Position numbers and translations under genes: made by a program
Shown here: piece by piece, positions 43,064 through 51,829 of the stretch
Layout: each line of letters opens with the position of its first letter
Position numbering within the stretch: position 1 is the stretch's first letter
Notes under the pieces: model-generated
Databases searched by the model: none
Told to the model about the DNA's origin: nothing
The model's input: the letters and a program-made list of their open reading frames with translations, nothing else
Source: an uncultured Acidobacteriota bacterium
GTDB taxonomy: Bacteria > Acidobacteriota > UBA6911
Assembly: GCA_963843575.1 (NCBI GenBank)
Contig: CAWJKZ010000021.1
Location: 32,001 to 96,000 of the forward strand
Direction: 5' to 3'
Length of the DNA stretch: 64,000 nt

Positions 43064-45571
43064 ATGACCACTCTCCTGGCAGACCTTCGCTACTCGTTGC
43101 GGACCCTGCGGCGCAGTCCCCTGTTTGCCGTCGTCGCGATTTTTTCGCTGGCGCTGGGCATCGGGGCAAACACGGCGATCTTCACCCTGATCGACCAGGT
43201 CGTCCTGCGCCGGCTCCCGGTAAAAGACCCGGGAAGCCTCGTGATGCTGTACCAGCGGGGCACACACAACGGCAGCAACATGGGCACCCGGATGCACTCC
43301 TACCCGATCTATCAGGATTACCAGCAGAAGGCCGCCCCGCTCGCCGAGGTCTTGTGCCGCCGGCTCTTTACCGCCTCGCTCAGCGTCGACAACCAGACCG
43401 AGCGCGTCGACGCGGAAATGGTCTCGGGAAATTTCTTCACGATGCTGGGGGTCCGGGCGGCGGTCGGGCGCGTTTTCAGCTCGGAGGAAGACGACCGCGT
43501 CTACCAGGGTCATCCCGTGGTCGTGCTGAGCCACGATTACTGGACCACTCGTTTCGCCCTCGATCCGCAGGTCGTCGGCAAGAAGGTCCTGGTCAACAAT
43601 TACCCCATGACGGTCGTGGGCGTGTCCGCGGCGGGATTTGCTGGGCTGGATCCGGCGCAGTCGCCCCAGGTTCGCGTCCCCATCCTGATGAAGCCGCTTA
43701 TGCTGCCGGAGTGGTCCTGGCTGCAGGCGGACGATCGCCGGGCGCGCTGGGTGCAGGTGTTTGCGCGTCTGAAGCCGGGTTACACCCCGGAGTCGGCGCA
43801 GGCGGCGCTGCAGGTGCTGTTTCACCAGGTCCGCGAGTACGAGTCGACCCTGCCGGCGGCGGCGAAGTGGTCGGCCTACTCCCGCGAGCAGTTCCTGAAA
43901 GGCACGCTGCACGTCGAGAAAGCCGCCACCGGGTACTCCGAGCTGCGCAACGATTTTTCGAAGGCGCTCATGGTGCTGATGGGGATGGTGGGGCTGGTGC
44001 TGCTCATCGCCTGCGCCAACGTCGCCAACCTTTTGATCGCGAGGGCATTCGCGAGACAGAGGGAGATCTCCATCCGGTTGTCGCTCGGTGCATCCCGCGG
44101 GCGCCTCGTGCGCCAGTTGCTCGTCGAGAGCACCGTGCTGTCGCTGGCGGGCGGCGCCGCAGGCGTCGCCCTCGCCTTCGCCATGACGCGCGGGTTGCTG
44201 GCGCTCGTCCCGATGGAAGGGAATCCGCTGCTGATCCGCCCGGAACCGGATGGGCGCATCCTGCTGTTCACCCTTGGGGTCACTGTGCTCACAGGCCTGG
44301 TCTTCGGCCTGATCCCCGCGCTCCGTGCCAGCCGTCCGGATCTCTGGACCTCCCTGAAAGACACCGTGGGTTCGATCGCGGGATCGGCCGGCGGCTCGCT
44401 GTTCCTCCGCAAGGGCCTGATTGCCGCCCAGGTGGCGTTGAGCTTCCTGCTGCTGTTCGGCGCCGGGCTGTTTGTGCGGAGCCTGCAGAACCTGAAAACC
44501 ACCGACACGGGCTTCCGCGAAATGAGCAACCTGGTCACGTTTCAGTTGTCGCCGGCGTTGATCGGGTACGACGCGCCGCGCGTGATGAACTTCTATCAGC
44601 GTCTTCTGGGCAACATCCGCGCGCTTCCGGGCGTCAAGTCCGCAGCCTGGGCTACCGTGCCGCTGTTGCACGGCTGGGAGTGGGACAGCACCACGTCGGT
44701 CGAAGGGCATCAGTCAAAGGACGGCGAGGACATGCAGGCGTTCATGAACTCGATCTCCCCCGGCTATTTCCAGACCATGGGGATTCCCGTCCTGGAGGGG
44801 CGCGATTTCGACGCCCGCGACATAAAGGAGAACTCGAAGGTAGCCATCGTAAACCGCAATTTTGCTCGACATTTCTTCGGCCAGAAGAGCGCGGTCGGAC
44901 GCCATCTCGGGTCCGGGAGCGGACCGGACACCAAACTCGACATCACCATCGTGGGGGTGGCCGCGGACAGCCTGTACGAAGGCCCCCGCGAAGGGGTGCG
45001 CAGGCAGGTGTTCGTACCCAACTGGGGGAACAACTCGGCGGCGTTCTACGTGCGCACCTCCCTGGGCTCCACGTCGGCCTACGGCGCGCTGCGGAGCGAG
45101 GTGAAAAAGCTGGACGCGTCCCTGCCCGTGTACGAGCTGAAGACGCTTGAAGCGCAGCTGGACGAAATCCTGCTCACGGAACGGCTGATCGCGCTTCTCT
45201 CGGCGGGCTTTGGCTTCCTGGCCACGGTGCTTGCCGCCATCGGGCTCTACGGGGTCATGGCGTTTGTGGTCGCGAGACGCACCAAGGAGCTGGGCGTGCG
45301 GCTCGCCCTGGGAGCGCAGCGGCGCTCCGTCATCTGGCTGGTCATGAAGGAAGTCCTGCTGCTCCTGGCGGTCGGGATTGCGGTCGGGGTCCCTTCGGGG
45401 CTGATGCTGGGGCGCTTCGTGGCCGCCCAGCTCTATGGCATCCAGCCCAATGATCCTTCGATCGCCGGCACGACGATCGCGCTGCTCGCAGTCGTTTCCA
45501 CGGCCGCCGGGATAATCCCCGCGCACCGCGCCAGCCGCATCGACCCGCTCATGGCGCTCCGCTACGAGTGA
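43064..45571 (+). CDS. ADOP-type duplicated MacB/FtsX ABC permease
   Basis: DLRYSLRTLRRSP, LALGIGANTAIF, LLIACANVANLL, RRTKELGVRLALGA, IDPLMALRYE. Confidence 0.9.
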   Translation: MTTLLADLRYSLRTLRRSPLFAVVAIFSLALGIGANTAIFTLIDQVVLRRLPVKDPGSLVMLYQRGTHNGSNMGTRMHSYPIYQDYQQKAAPLAEVLCRRLFTASLSVDNQTERVDAEMVSGNFFTMLGVRAAVGRVFSSEEDDRVYQGHPVVVLSHDYWTTRFALDPQVVGKKVLVNNYPMTVVGVSAAGFAGLDPAQSPQVRVPILMKPLMLPEWSWLQADDRRARWVQVFARLKPGYTPESAQAALQVLFHQVREYESTLPAAAKWSAYSREQFLKGTLHVEKAATGYSELRNDFSKALMVLMGMVGLVLLIACANVANLLIARAFARQREISIRLSLGASRGRLVRQLLVESTVLSLAGGAAGVALAFAMTRGLLALVPMEGNPLLIRPEPDGRILLFTLGVTVLTGLVFGLIPALRASRPDLWTSLKDTVGSIAGSAGGSLFLRKGLIAAQVALSFLLLFGAGLFVRSLQNLKTTDTGFREMSNLVTFQLSPALIGYDAPRVMNFYQRLLGNIRALPGVKSAAWATVPLLHGWEWDSTTSVEGHQSKDGEDMQAFMNSISPGYFQTMGIPVLEGRDFDARDIKENSKVAIVNRNFARHFFGQKSAVGRHLGSGSGPDTKLDITIVGVAADSLYEGPREGVRRQVFVPNWGNNSAAFYVRTSLGSTSAYGALRSEVKKLDASLPVYELKTLEAQLDEILLTERLIALLSAGFGFLATVLAAIGLYGVMAFVVARRTKELGVRLALGAQRRSVIWLVMKEVLLLLAVGIAVGVPSGLMLGRFVAAQLYGIQPNDPSIAGTTIALLAVVSTAAGIIPAHRASRIDPLMALRYE

Positions 45572-45606
45572 ACCGGCACGGTCCCGCCCCGATGGGCAAG
45601 GGCGCA

Positions 45607-47280
45607 CTACTTGCCCAGCTTGGCGATCTGGGTCTCGATGACGTCGTCCTCGATCTTCTGGAAGAGGATCTCCCGGGCGCCGAGCGGGTGCCCGTCGGGG
45701 AGGCGCAGGCCGGGCACCTCGTGCCAGTGCCGGTCGCGGTGGCAGCCCGGGGCGCCGAGCATCTTCCAGAGCCTTTCGGCCGAAAACGGCAGGATCGGCT
45801 CCATCAGGACCGCCAGCGCGGCCTGGAGCTGAACCGTGGTGTTGAGGGTGGCGGCGCACCGCTGCCGGTCCGTCTTGAGGGAGGCCCACGGCGCCGTGTC
45901 GTTGAAGTACCGGTTGCCCGTGCGCGCCAGGTCCATAAGTTCGCCGACGGCGCGGCGGACCTGGAACTCGTCGAGCGACTTCCCGATACGTTCCGTGTAT
46001 TCCGCGACTGAGGCCAGGACGGCGCGGTCGGCGTCGCCGGGGACGCCGGCCGGGGGAACGCGCGCCTCGAAGTGCTTCTCAATGAAGCTGAGGCTGCGGT
46101 TGACGAGGTTGCCCAGGACGTCGGCCAGCTCTCCGTTGTTGCGGGCCTGGAAGTCCTTCCAGGCGAAGTCGGCGTCCTTGCTCTCGGGCGCGTTGGCGGC
46201 GAGGTAGTAGCGCAGGGGGTCGGGAGGGAACACGTCGAGGTAATCGTCCGCCCAGATCGCCCAGTTGCGGCTGGTCGACAGCTTCTCCCCCTCAATGTTC
46301 AGGAACTCGTTGGCCGGGATCTGGTCGGGGAGGACGTAGCCGCCGTGCGCCATCAGGACGGCGGGCCAGACGATCGCGTGGAAGACGATGTTGTCCTTGC
46401 CGATGAAGTGCACCAGGCGAGTCGCCGGGTCGAGCCAGTAGTCGCGCCAGCGCTCCGGCTTCCCCTGGTTGCGCGACCACTCTACGGTGGACGAGATGTA
46501 GCCGATCGGGGCGTCGAACCAGACGTAGAGCACCTTCCCCTCGGCCCCCGCGAGGGGGACGGGGATGCCCCAGTCGATGTCGCGGGTGATCGGTCGGTCG
46601 GTCAGCCCCTCCTTGAACCAGCCGGCGCAGAACTCGCGCACGTTGCTCTTCCAGTCGGGCTTGGAATCCTGCCACTGCTGCAGGCGCTCCTGGAATTCCG
46701 AGAGTCGGAAGTACCAGTGGCGCGTGGTGCGCATCTCCGGCTTGGAGCCGCAGATCTTGCACCGCGGCTCGATCAGCAGTTCCGGTTCAAGCCAGCGGCC
46801 GCATCCCTCGCACTGGTCGCCGCGCGCGCCGCCGCGGTGGCAGTGCGGGCACTCTCCCTCGATGTAGCGGTCGGGCAGGAAGCGCCGGCAGGTCGGGCAG
46901 TAGTACTGGTTGACGTCGTGCTCGACGATGTGCCCCTTGCGGTACAGGTCGAGGAAGAAGCCCTGCGCGATCTCGTAGTGCAGCGGCAGGGAAGTGCGCG
47001 AGTAGTTGTCGAACGAGATCCCGAGCCGCCGGAAGCTCTCCTTCATCATCAGGTGGTACCGGTCCACGATCTCCTGCGGCGTGGTCTGCTCGCGGTCCGC
47101 GCGGATCGTGATCGGGACCCCGTGTTCGTCGGAGCCGCAGATGTAGATGACGTCGGCCCCCTTGAGCCGCTGGTAGCGCACGTAGACGTCCGCCGGGAGA
47201 TAGGCGCCCGCGAGGTGCCCGAGGTGCAGCGGGCCGTTGGCGTAGGGGAGCGCGGATGTGACGAGCACTTTGTCGGCCAA
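45607..47280 (-). CDS. metG: Methionyl-tRNA synthetase, short form without the C-terminal tRNA-binding appendix
   Basis: TSALPYANGPLHLGH, GSDEHG, four CxxC knuckles, YVWFDA, IGKDNIVFH, KLSTSR; TTG start with RBS. Confidence 0.95.
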   Translation of the reverse strand: MADKVLVTSALPYANGPLHLGHLAGAYLPADVYVRYQRLKGADVIYICGSDEHGVPITIRADREQTTPQEIVDRYHLMMKESFRRLGISFDNYSRTSLPLHYEIAQGFFLDLYRKGHIVEHDVNQYYCPTCRRFLPDRYIEGECPHCHRGGARGDQCEGCGRWLEPELLIEPRCKICGSKPEMRTTRHWYFRLSEFQERLQQWQDSKPDWKSNVREFCAGWFKEGLTDRPITRDIDWGIPVPLAGAEGKVLYVWFDAPIGYISSTVEWSRNQGKPERWRDYWLDPATRLVHFIGKDNIVFHAIVWPAVLMAHGGYVLPDQIPANEFLNIEGEKLSTSRNWAIWADDYLDVFPPDPLRYYLAANAPESKDADFAWKDFQARNNGELADVLGNLVNRSLSFIEKHFEARVPPAGVPGDADRAVLASVAEYTERIGKSLDEFQVRRAVGELMDLARTGNRYFNDTAPWASLKTDRQRCAATLNTTVQLQAALAVLMEPILPFSAERLWKMLGAPGCHRDRHWHEVPGLRLPDGHPLGAREILFQKIEDDVIETQIAKLGK

Positions 47281-47312
47281 GGAGATCCCTCCTGAAAGGA
47301 AGGAATACTATC

Positions 47313-47380
47313 ACAGAAGCCGGAAGCTGGAAGTCGCGGCGCCGGAAGCCACTAAGACAGAAGCCCGGGAGCCGGAAGCG
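47313..47380. repeat. Degenerate heptamer tandem repeats (CAGAAGC/CGGAAGC)
   Basis: About six imperfect copies upstream of metG. Confidence 0.5.
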
Positions 47381-47489
47381 ATCGGATGGCGGTGGCGATC
47401 CCGGACGCTGAGGGCGAGCTCGAGAGGGGGCTGATGCCCGGCGACCGGCAGTGCCGGGACCGGGCATCAACCTCTCAATGGCCGTGTCG

Positions 47490-47969
47490 TCAGTTGCGCT
47501 GCTCTTCCTGGAGCAGGAGTTGGCCACGAATCTCCCCTCCCGGCGCGAGCGTAGTGTGAATGTTGATGTAGGTCCGGCCGCCCAGGATGGCGTTCTGGAC
47601 ATCCGCGAACGTCGTGACTCCCCTGTCCTGGACCGCAACGAAGTCGGTTTCGGTCAGGGTTCCGGTCAACCGCCCCGGAAACGCTCCGTTACCGCCCCCG
47701 AACAGTGGGACGATCACTGGCCCATTGACGCCGGGGAACCCGAGGTGGATGTGGGCTGCCTGGACCTCCGTCCCGAAGCCCTCCCCGGTGAAAGTGTAGT
47801 CGATCCTGTCTGGGTATATGACGAACACCGCCCGTCCGGAGGCGTTCGAAGGAACGGGCGGCACTTCGTGCTCACCCGTCATCGTCGCCCGAACCGCGGT
47901 TTGAGCCATGAGCGGCGAACCGCCCATCAGCAGGAAAAGCGTTCCAAAGACCACTCGGCTGTTTCTCAT
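47490..47969 (-). CDS. Secreted CHRD-domain protein
   Basis: Signal peptide; GEHEVPPV, AAHIH...NGPVIVPL, YINIHT...PGGEIRGQ. Confidence 0.88.
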   Translation of the reverse strand: MRNSRVVFGTLFLLMGGSPLMAQTAVRATMTGEHEVPPVPSNASGRAVFVIYPDRIDYTFTGEGFGTEVQAAHIHLGFPGVNGPVIVPLFGGGNGAFPGRLTGTLTETDFVAVQDRGVTTFADVQNAILGGRTYINIHTTLAPGGEIRGQLLLQEEQRN

Positions 47970-48441
47970 GGTGCTCGCTCCCGATGCTGGTGTGTTCCGT
48001 GGCGCCAGGGTGAATAAAAGGATATGCGAATCAGAATAACTGTTCAATAGGATTAGTGTCCGTAATAGGACGCGTCCCGCCCCGCCATTGTGCCCGCCGG
48101 CATTCTCCAAGAACCGGACGGAGACCCCGGGTCCGCCGCGGGTGGGACGATGTATGGCGCTCGGCTCGTGAGGAGGCAGCCATGACAGAAGCGCAGCCCT
48201 CCGGAGTTCTGCGCTTGCCTTGCACAAGCCGAGGTGAGCAATTTTGTCCACAGGGGTGAGCAGTACTGTACTGACATTCGAATCGCGGCAGGGTACAAGC
48301 AATAGGTGTTCGGCATCTCGTGGGAGAAGTCATCGCGCGAAGTGCAGGAACCCGCACAGGGCCGAGCCAGCTCGCACAAGAACACCATTACGTTCCCAGC
48401 ACAACGCGGGGAGACCAGGCTCAGACCAGGAGGTGAGAGTT

Positions 48442-48776
48442 ATGGACATCAACACACGTAGAATCGGGGATGTCCATGTTCACTCAACGGCAAGATCGTC
48501 CTTGGCGAAGCCACCAGGACCATCCGACACACCGTCAACGACCTTCTGGTGAACGGTGGGCACAAGATCGTTCTCAACATGATGGAGGTCAGCTATGTCG
48601 ACAGCTCAGGAATCGGTGAGTTGGGGAAGACGTATACCACCGTCACCAACGAGGGAAGGCAACTGAGACTCCTGAACCTGACCAAGAGGGTCAGGGAAGT
48701 TCTGGTGATCACGAAGCTCTTGACGGTGTTCCAGGTATTCGAGAGCGAGCGGGATGCGGTGGCCAGCTTCGCGTGA
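48442..48776 (+). pseudogene. STAS anti-sigma-factor antagonist, frameshifted near 48481
   Basis: AGGAGG RBS; MDINTRRIGDVHV then other frame LNGKIVLG...VSYVDSSGIGEL...VLVITKLLTVF. Confidence 0.75.
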
Positions 48777-48789
48777 CCGGGAGGACACG

Positions 48790-50022
48790 TTGAATGTTGT
48801 CAAAGTTGTCAAAGACACCCTGACCATAATCCTGGCCGGAGGGCAGGGGGAACGGCTCTACCCATTGACCAGAGATCGAGCCAAGCCCGCAGTCCCTTTT
48901 GCCGGGCATTACCGGATCATCGACTTCACCCTGTCGAACTGCATCAACTCAGGGCTCAAGCGCATCTACGTTCTCACTCAGTACAAGAGCCAATCGCTCG
49001 ACGACCACCTCAGGTTGGGCTGGAACATTTTCGCCAGTGCTTTTGATGAGTTCTTGTTTTCGGTTCCTCCCCAACTCAGGACGGGAAGTTCGTGGTATCG
49101 GGGAACGGCGGATGCTGTGTTTCAGAATCTCTACATCCTGCGGGAACGGCTCCCGCGCCGAGTTCTCATCCTCTCCGGCGACCACATTTACAGGATGGAT
49201 TACAGCGAGATGATTGCAGCCCACGTGCGCACGGGCGCCGCGGTCACGGTTGCCGCGGTGGAGTGCGACACGAAATGCGCGAGCGGGATGGGCGTTCTGG
49301 AGATTGACGAACAGAATCGCGTCGTGTCCTTCGAAGAGAAACCGGACAATCCCAAACCCATCCCTCGTCGGTTCGGCCTTTCCCTGGTCAACATGGGCGT
49401 GTATCTGTTCGAAACCGATGCTTTGGTTGAGGGGACTTCCATAGACAGCCGCGGCGAGAGTGTGGAGGATTTCGGCCGGGACATCCTGCCTCGTTTCGTT
49501 CACAGCAAGCCGGTTTATGCCTATCCCTTCAGCGAGGCGAACGAAAACTACTGGCGGGACGTCGGCACTCTGGATTCCTATTACGAGGCCAGCATGGATT
49601 TGCTGAAGGCCGATCCGCCATTCAATCTCTACGACACCTCTTTCCCTATCCACTCTTCCACCCGCCCGCGTCCGCCCGCCAGGATGACCTTTGCCGGCGG
49701 AGGGACGGATCTCATGGGGGTTGCCTTGGATTCGCTCCTCTGCAATGGCTGCGTCATCAGAGGCGGGCGGGCGGAGCGCTCGATCCTGTCCCCGGACGTG
49801 CACGTGGATTCTGGCGCGCTGGTTGAGGATTCGATCCTTTTCGACCGGGTGGAAGTGGGGAGCCGGGCAAAGATCCGCCGGGCCATCATCGACAAGGCCG
49901 TGAGGATTCCTCCGGGATTCGAGGTCGGCTACAACCCCGAGCAGGATGCGAAGCGCTTCACCGTAAGCGAATCGGGTGTCGTGGTAATCCCCAAGGCGGC
50001 TCAGATCAGGGAGGGAAGCTGA
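48790..50022 (+). CDS. glgC: Glucose-1-phosphate adenylyltransferase
   Basis: LAGGQGERLYPLTRDRAKPAVPF, YRGTADAVFQN, LSGDHIYRMDY, FEEKP, DFGRD, YWRDVGT. Confidence 0.93.
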   Translation: MNVVKVVKDTLTIILAGGQGERLYPLTRDRAKPAVPFAGHYRIIDFTLSNCINSGLKRIYVLTQYKSQSLDDHLRLGWNIFASAFDEFLFSVPPQLRTGSSWYRGTADAVFQNLYILRERLPRRVLILSGDHIYRMDYSEMIAAHVRTGAAVTVAAVECDTKCASGMGVLEIDEQNRVVSFEEKPDNPKPIPRRFGLSLVNMGVYLFETDALVEGTSIDSRGESVEDFGRDILPRFVHSKPVYAYPFSEANENYWRDVGTLDSYYEASMDLLKADPPFNLYDTSFPIHSSTRPRPPARMTFAGGGTDLMGVALDSLLCNGCVIRGGRAERSILSPDVHVDSGALVEDSILFDRVEVGSRAKIRRAIIDKAVRIPPGFEVGYNPEQDAKRFTVSESGVVVIPKAAQIREGS

Positions 50023-50059
50023 TGCGCGCAAAACGACACCGGAGCCAAGAGGAGGCCTG

Positions 50060-50377
50060 ATGATGACCGCAAGGGTTAGCGTGGCGTGCCTTTGGGGAGC
50101 GAGCGCGCTCTTCGCGCTCTACCACGGCATTGCCCATGGTTCCGCGGCTGCTTGGTGGATCCTGGTCGATCTCGTTCCCCCGCTCGTCGTGTTCGTTTGG
50201 TGGATGGTTGACCGCTCCGCGCTCGAGCGAAGAATCAAGCGTCTCGAAGTGCGATATGAGATCGGGGATAAGAGACGCATCGATGCGCATGCGGATCTTT
50301 CGAGGGTAGAGCACCACATGCATGAGATGGAACGAGAGTCGCACAGATCGAGGGCAATCGGTTCGGTGACAGAATAA
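50060..50377 (+). CDS. Small hypothetical membrane protein
   Basis: GAGGAGG RBS; two hydrophobic segments; follows glgC on the same strand. Confidence 0.5.
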   Translation: MMTARVSVACLWGASALFALYHGIAHGSAAAWWILVDLVPPLVVFVWWMVDRSALERRIKRLEVRYEIGDKRRIDAHADLSRVEHHMHEMERESHRSRAIGSVTE

Positions 50378-50470
50378 TTCCCACAGGCAGGAGAACGTGG
50401 CGGTGTAGCGCGACGCCTCTCCCCTTGCTCGAATGCCCGGACATCTCGGGGTCTGGAGCGGACCCGGGGT

Positions 50471-51535
50471 CTACGGTCTGCCGGACGGCCTGGAAAGGGC
50501 AAATAGCGCGCGCAGTTCATCGAGGTAGCCAAGCTTGGAGTACCGGGGGGAAAAGAGGCTCTGGTAATTGAAGATGGCCACTCCCGCGGCTCCAGCTTCC
50601 AGGAGTTGCGGAACGATTCTTGTCAGATCCCCTTGGGGCATCCGGCATGCCTTCCAGGGTTCCTCGATAGTCAAGGCAATGCCGGGAACGATGGCCGTCT
50701 TCCCCCCCGCGTTCTTGACTGCCAGACGGGTCATCTCCACGATCCAATCGGAGTTTTGGCCCAACATGCACGCGTAGAGCATTGGCCGCAGAAAATCCAC
50801 GCGTTCCCGCAACTGGATGAAACTCTGACCCTGGCGCCAGCCATAGCCTTCCCCTTCGGGCGTCAGGTTGGTCTTGCGCTGGCCGGTTCCAACCGTCCAG
50901 GTCGAACAGGAAAACAGTATTCCGGGCCGGTCGCGCTTGACATTCTCCCGCACCTCGGTCGCCAGGGAGGTGATGACGCTGTCACGCCAGTCCTCCCAGC
51001 TCCCGCCGGGATTGTCCCGGAGCCAGCGCTGGGAATCGCGCCGGCAGTCCTCGCAATGGCACAGGGTCGGAGGGCCAAACCGGATGTAGTCGAGCTGCAG
51101 GCCGTCGACCCGCAGCCGGGACAATTGACGAGAAAAGGTCAGGACCTGCTGCCTGACCGCGGGCTTATTCGGGCAAAGCCACCCCGACGCCGGCTGTCCG
51201 GAGGAGTCCACGGCGTGCATGCCCGGAGCAGGCGTTGACGCCGGGGAAACTGCCCCCGCGACGATGGTGCTGAGCACCACGTGGACCGCGATTCCTTGCT
51301 CGTGTGCTGCCGTCAGCAATTCCGCAAACCGGCGGTCCTGGAGCACCGATGGATGGACCGTGCAAAGGATCGCATTGAGGTTGGCCGAGGCCACGTTGTC
51401 GACGATCTGGCGGGGAGTCGCCTCTTCAAACAGACCGGGCAGTTCCATTCGAACCCCGCGCATGTTCGTCAAGGCCTGCGACTCCGACACGGCGAGGACG
51501 ATCGCAATCAGAACCGATACGAAGCGGCAGGTCAT
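50471..51535 (-). CDS. Secreted GHL10/DUF187-like glycoside hydrolase
   Basis: Signal peptide; WLCPNKPAVR, VDGLQLDYIRF, WEDWR, DFLRPMLY; GGAGG RBS. Confidence 0.75.
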   Translation of the reverse strand: MTCRFVSVLIAIVLAVSESQALTNMRGVRMELPGLFEEATPRQIVDNVASANLNAILCTVHPSVLQDRRFAELLTAAHEQGIAVHVVLSTIVAGAVSPASTPAPGMHAVDSSGQPASGWLCPNKPAVRQQVLTFSRQLSRLRVDGLQLDYIRFGPPTLCHCEDCRRDSQRWLRDNPGGSWEDWRDSVITSLATEVRENVKRDRPGILFSCSTWTVGTGQRKTNLTPEGEGYGWRQGQSFIQLRERVDFLRPMLYACMLGQNSDWIVEMTRLAVKNAGGKTAIVPGIALTIEEPWKACRMPQGDLTRIVPQLLEAGAAGVAIFNYQSLFSPRYSKLGYLDELRALFALSRPSGRP

Positions 51536-51829
51536 GTGGTCCTCCAGGACGCGTGTTCGTGCAGGCGCCAGGATACTTCATCCGGTCGACAGACGAAACA
51601 TCGCGAGGGAGAAGCGGATTCTAACACGAGCGGATGAGGGCGGAACCAGTTGGGCGGCCAAACCGGGGGGGCACCCCGCCGGTTGCGGGCCCCGAGGACA
51701 GGGCTGTCCGCTGTCACGGTTTTATTCAACACATGAGTGCCGCGCATTCACCTATCCCGGGCTGCATCGGCCGATTATAATGGCGGCGAATCTTGGTGGC
51801 AGTGGTTGCAGCGCAGCGAGGCATGCCCC

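Noticed and set aside
47281-47489. T-box or SAM riboswitch before metG
   Set aside because: No T-box (AAGGTGGxACC) or SAM-I consensus is visible
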